Position numbers and translations under genes: made by a program
The notes under the pieces: model-generated
Database searches by the model: none
What the model saw: the letters and a program-made list of their open reading frames with translations, nothing else
Told to the model about the DNA's origin: nothing
Source: Anolis carolinensis
Taxonomy: Eukaryota
Assembly: GCF_035594765.1 (NCBI RefSeq)
Contig: NW_026943821.1
Span: forward strand, 17,515,608-17,579,607
Direction of reading: 5' to 3'
Length of the DNA stretch: 64,000 bases
Shown here: piece after piece, positions 61,370 to 64,000 of the stretch
Layout: every line of letters starts with the position of its first letter
How positions within the stretch are numbered: position 1 is the first letter of the stretch

Positions 61370-62350
61370 CCAAGGCCCGCGCTGTCCTTCGGAGTCACGT
61401 ACCAAAGCCAGCCCCCGAAAGACAATTGGGGCGGGCGGAGGGTTTTGGGGAGTGCCGCGCACAGGCCGCAAAATCCGGCGCATGCGCAGACGACGGTGGA
61501 GGGAGGGGAGCGCGCGGCGAGGCGGGCTGCGCCTCCATTTCCCCCCCTCCGTCACGTGTCCTCGGCGGGCAGAGCGCATGCGCTCGGCGGCAGGCAGCGG
61601 AGGCGGTTTGTTGTGGTCGCCATTTTTTTTGTGGCATTACTGGGAAATCCCGGCGCCGGAGCAGAGCTGCCGCCCCGGAGAACGCCCCTTTGCGCTGGGG
61701 GTGGGGGCGCATCCCGCCCGCCTGCCGCGCCCCGCCCCCAGCGCGCTTGGCTTCTCCCTCCGCCTCAGCCGGCGACGCTTGGAAATAACGCCGCGGGCCG
61801 CAGCCGCCTCCTGAGGTAAGAGACCCGCCCGGGTGCCGCTCCCTGCCCTGCAGAACGGCCGCCTCGCCAGACCGCCCTTTTGCTTGGCGGATGCAGGGAG
61901 GGAAGGAAGGAAGGAAAGAGAGAGAAGGCGGGCGGGCGGGCGGCCTTGAAGGGGGGGGGGCAAATGGACGGGAAGCCTCTCCGCCGCGCCTCCTCTCTCC
62001 CTCCTCCCGCCCAATCCTCCCCTCCCTCCCTTTTCCGGGCGCGGCGGGTAGAGCCAGGCTCCCTCCCTCAGGCCCCGCCCCAGGCCAGCTTCGCCTCAGC
62101 CGCGGGACCCGCTCACCCCAACCCCCTCCCTCCCTCCCTCCCGGCCCCACCCTGATTCCTCCCCCCAAAAATCCTCCCCCCCCCCCCCGCCTGCCTTCTC
62201 CATAGGCCCCGCTCGCCTTACTGATCTCACGTCCCTTTCCTCCCCTTCTCGCCTCCTTTTCTCCCACGGCCGCCTTTTTGGTGCCGGATTTGAGCAGCCC
62301 CACCGTCATCCACCCGGCCCTTCTCTCCCCCAAAAGGGCGCTTTCGGAAA
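61370..62350 (+). promoter_or_regulatory. CpG island with probable non-coding first exon (donor after 61815) of the next gene, probably DYRK1B
   Basis: NRF1-type GCGCATGCGC twice (about 61478 and 61574), E-box GTCACGTG at 61551, YY1-type CGCCATTTT near 61618, strong donor GAG|GTAAGA. DYRK1B follows FBL in the same orientation in mammals; identity is inferred and no coding exon is in the window. Confidence 0.6.
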
Positions 62351-64000
62351 TCCTGTGCCATCTTTATTATTATGTGCCTGGTCTTACATCCATCCCCGAG
62401 CCTGAGCGCTCTAACTAACACATCCAGTCGTCGTCGTTTAACATATTGCAGAATGGAGCGAGGAGGGGGGTGGGTGGGTTTTTTTCTCCCCTTTTTTCTC
62501 GCATCTACCTCTTTTCTTGGGCATTTGTGGCGCGCGGATGTCTCGATTTGAGCTAATCATGCCTGCCTATTGGTAAAGGTTTTCACTCCAGGTGTATTTT
62601 TTTTTGCCTCAAAAATGTAGAGAAGCAGGTAATAAATGTACAGTAGAGGCTCGCTTATCCAACGTAAACGGCAGAACGTTGGATAAGCGAATATGTTGGA
62701 TAATAAGGAGAGATTAAGGAAAAGCCTATTAAAAATCAAATTAGGTTATGATTTTACAAAGTAAGCATCAAAACGTCATGTTATACAACAAATTTGACAG
62801 AAAAAGTAGTTCAATACACAATGATGCTATGTAGTAATTACTGGATTTACGAATTTAGTACCAAAATATCACAATGTATTGAAAACATTGAGTACAAAAA
62901 TGTGTTGGATAATCAGAACGTTGGATAAGTGAGACTCTACTGTATTATTATTATCCAAATCCACTTAATAATAATAATAACTTTATTTTTATACCCCGCC
63001 ACCATCTCCCTGAAGGGACTCAAGACAGTTTACATACTGAACCAAGCCCAAAGCATACAACAAGATTGCCAACTGAAATACAGTTAAAAACATAGTAACG
63101 TATAACAGACTAATTAAGCAATTAAATCAGCAGGTATAAAACATCATTAAAATGTATCAAAACCAAACCTCAAAAGCCAGTAACCAGGAATATCCCATTC
63201 TGATCATTGTTTCGCCATTTGGCCTGGCTAGCCATTCTGCTAAGTTTTGTGTTTAAAATCCCCCAGTCTACTATTATTTATTTACTTCTATATTTATATA
63301 CCGCCTTTCTCACCCCTGCGAAGGGGGGATGGGATGACTCAAGGCGGTTTACACCATATTAATGGCAGAAATTCAGTGCCAACATACATCTAATAGGGAA
63401 AAAATCATAATAACTAAACACTAACATATAGCTATAAATTAAAATCATTAAAAGCATTATACATATGCATATGTAACATTTAAACACTAAATCAAAGCAT
63501 TAAAACATCCTAATAGAAATGTTAAAACCACACAATCCAAAAATCGTATACTGTGGCCTAAACCAGTAAATAAATTTGGCCTCAGCCTGCACATTATTTG
63601 TGAAGGGTTCTATATGTGAATATATCTTTTGTGCAAACCTTAAAAAAATTCACAGGGAGCCAAGTCAATCCTTTTCCCATTAAGTCACTGTGTTTATCTT
63701 CACCAGTCACATCGTGACCATTGAAATATTGTCGGGATGTAGAGATACATTTGGGTCCTTACTCATTCACCCTCCTTTTGCTGGAGAGAACTACTTAAAA
63801 TATATGTCACAAAGTGCCCGTTTTCTAATCTGGGCCATAATTGGTCTCTTCTCCCCAACCTATGTGAGGCCAAATGAATTCATAAATATTTACTACTTGC
63901 AGTTGAATGATAATTCTATGTAACATGGTTCTATTCTTTTTTTTAAAAAAAGAAATCTGATCTTTTTCTATTTTTTACAATAAATATATAAATGACATCA

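Noticed and set aside
61262-62333. Long GC-rich ORFs (up to 312 aa) on both strands
   Set aside because: Low-complexity G/R/P/A products typical of stop-poor CpG islands; no domain motif.

Overview
Vertebrate genomic DNA from a squamate; the Sauria SINE and repeat content fit an Anolis lizard. I rebuilt four complete spliced genes by hand from GT-AG exons with consistent phases. (1) A 5-exon trypsin/kallikrein-like S1A serine protease (+, 6219-19507, 261 aa). (2) DBR1 lariat debranching enzyme (-, 33024-21081, 8 exons, 541 aa). (3) IL20RB (+, 35676-44960, 7 exons, 304 aa). (4) Fibrillarin FBL (+, 48932-58797, 9 exons, 311 aa). A CpG island with a probable non-coding first exon at about 61.4-62.3 kb is probably DYRK1B, by synteny only. 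The rest is dense, often nested transposable elements: about 18 Tc1/mariner MITEs, hAT elements with 8-bp TSDs, Helitrons, Sauria and other tRNA SINEs, R4/Dong, CR1, L2 and RTE fragments, a solo LTR and Penelope-like elements. Most notable are the Penelope-borne minimal hammerhead ribozymes, including an intact sense-strand copy in the last FBL intron, and a protease with 14 cysteines and a snake-venom-protease-like C-terminal Cys tail. Two hAT elements also landed exactly on mariner TIRs. I found no evidence for a wholly new multi-gene system. Most ORFs in the supplied track are repeat-derived or spurious.
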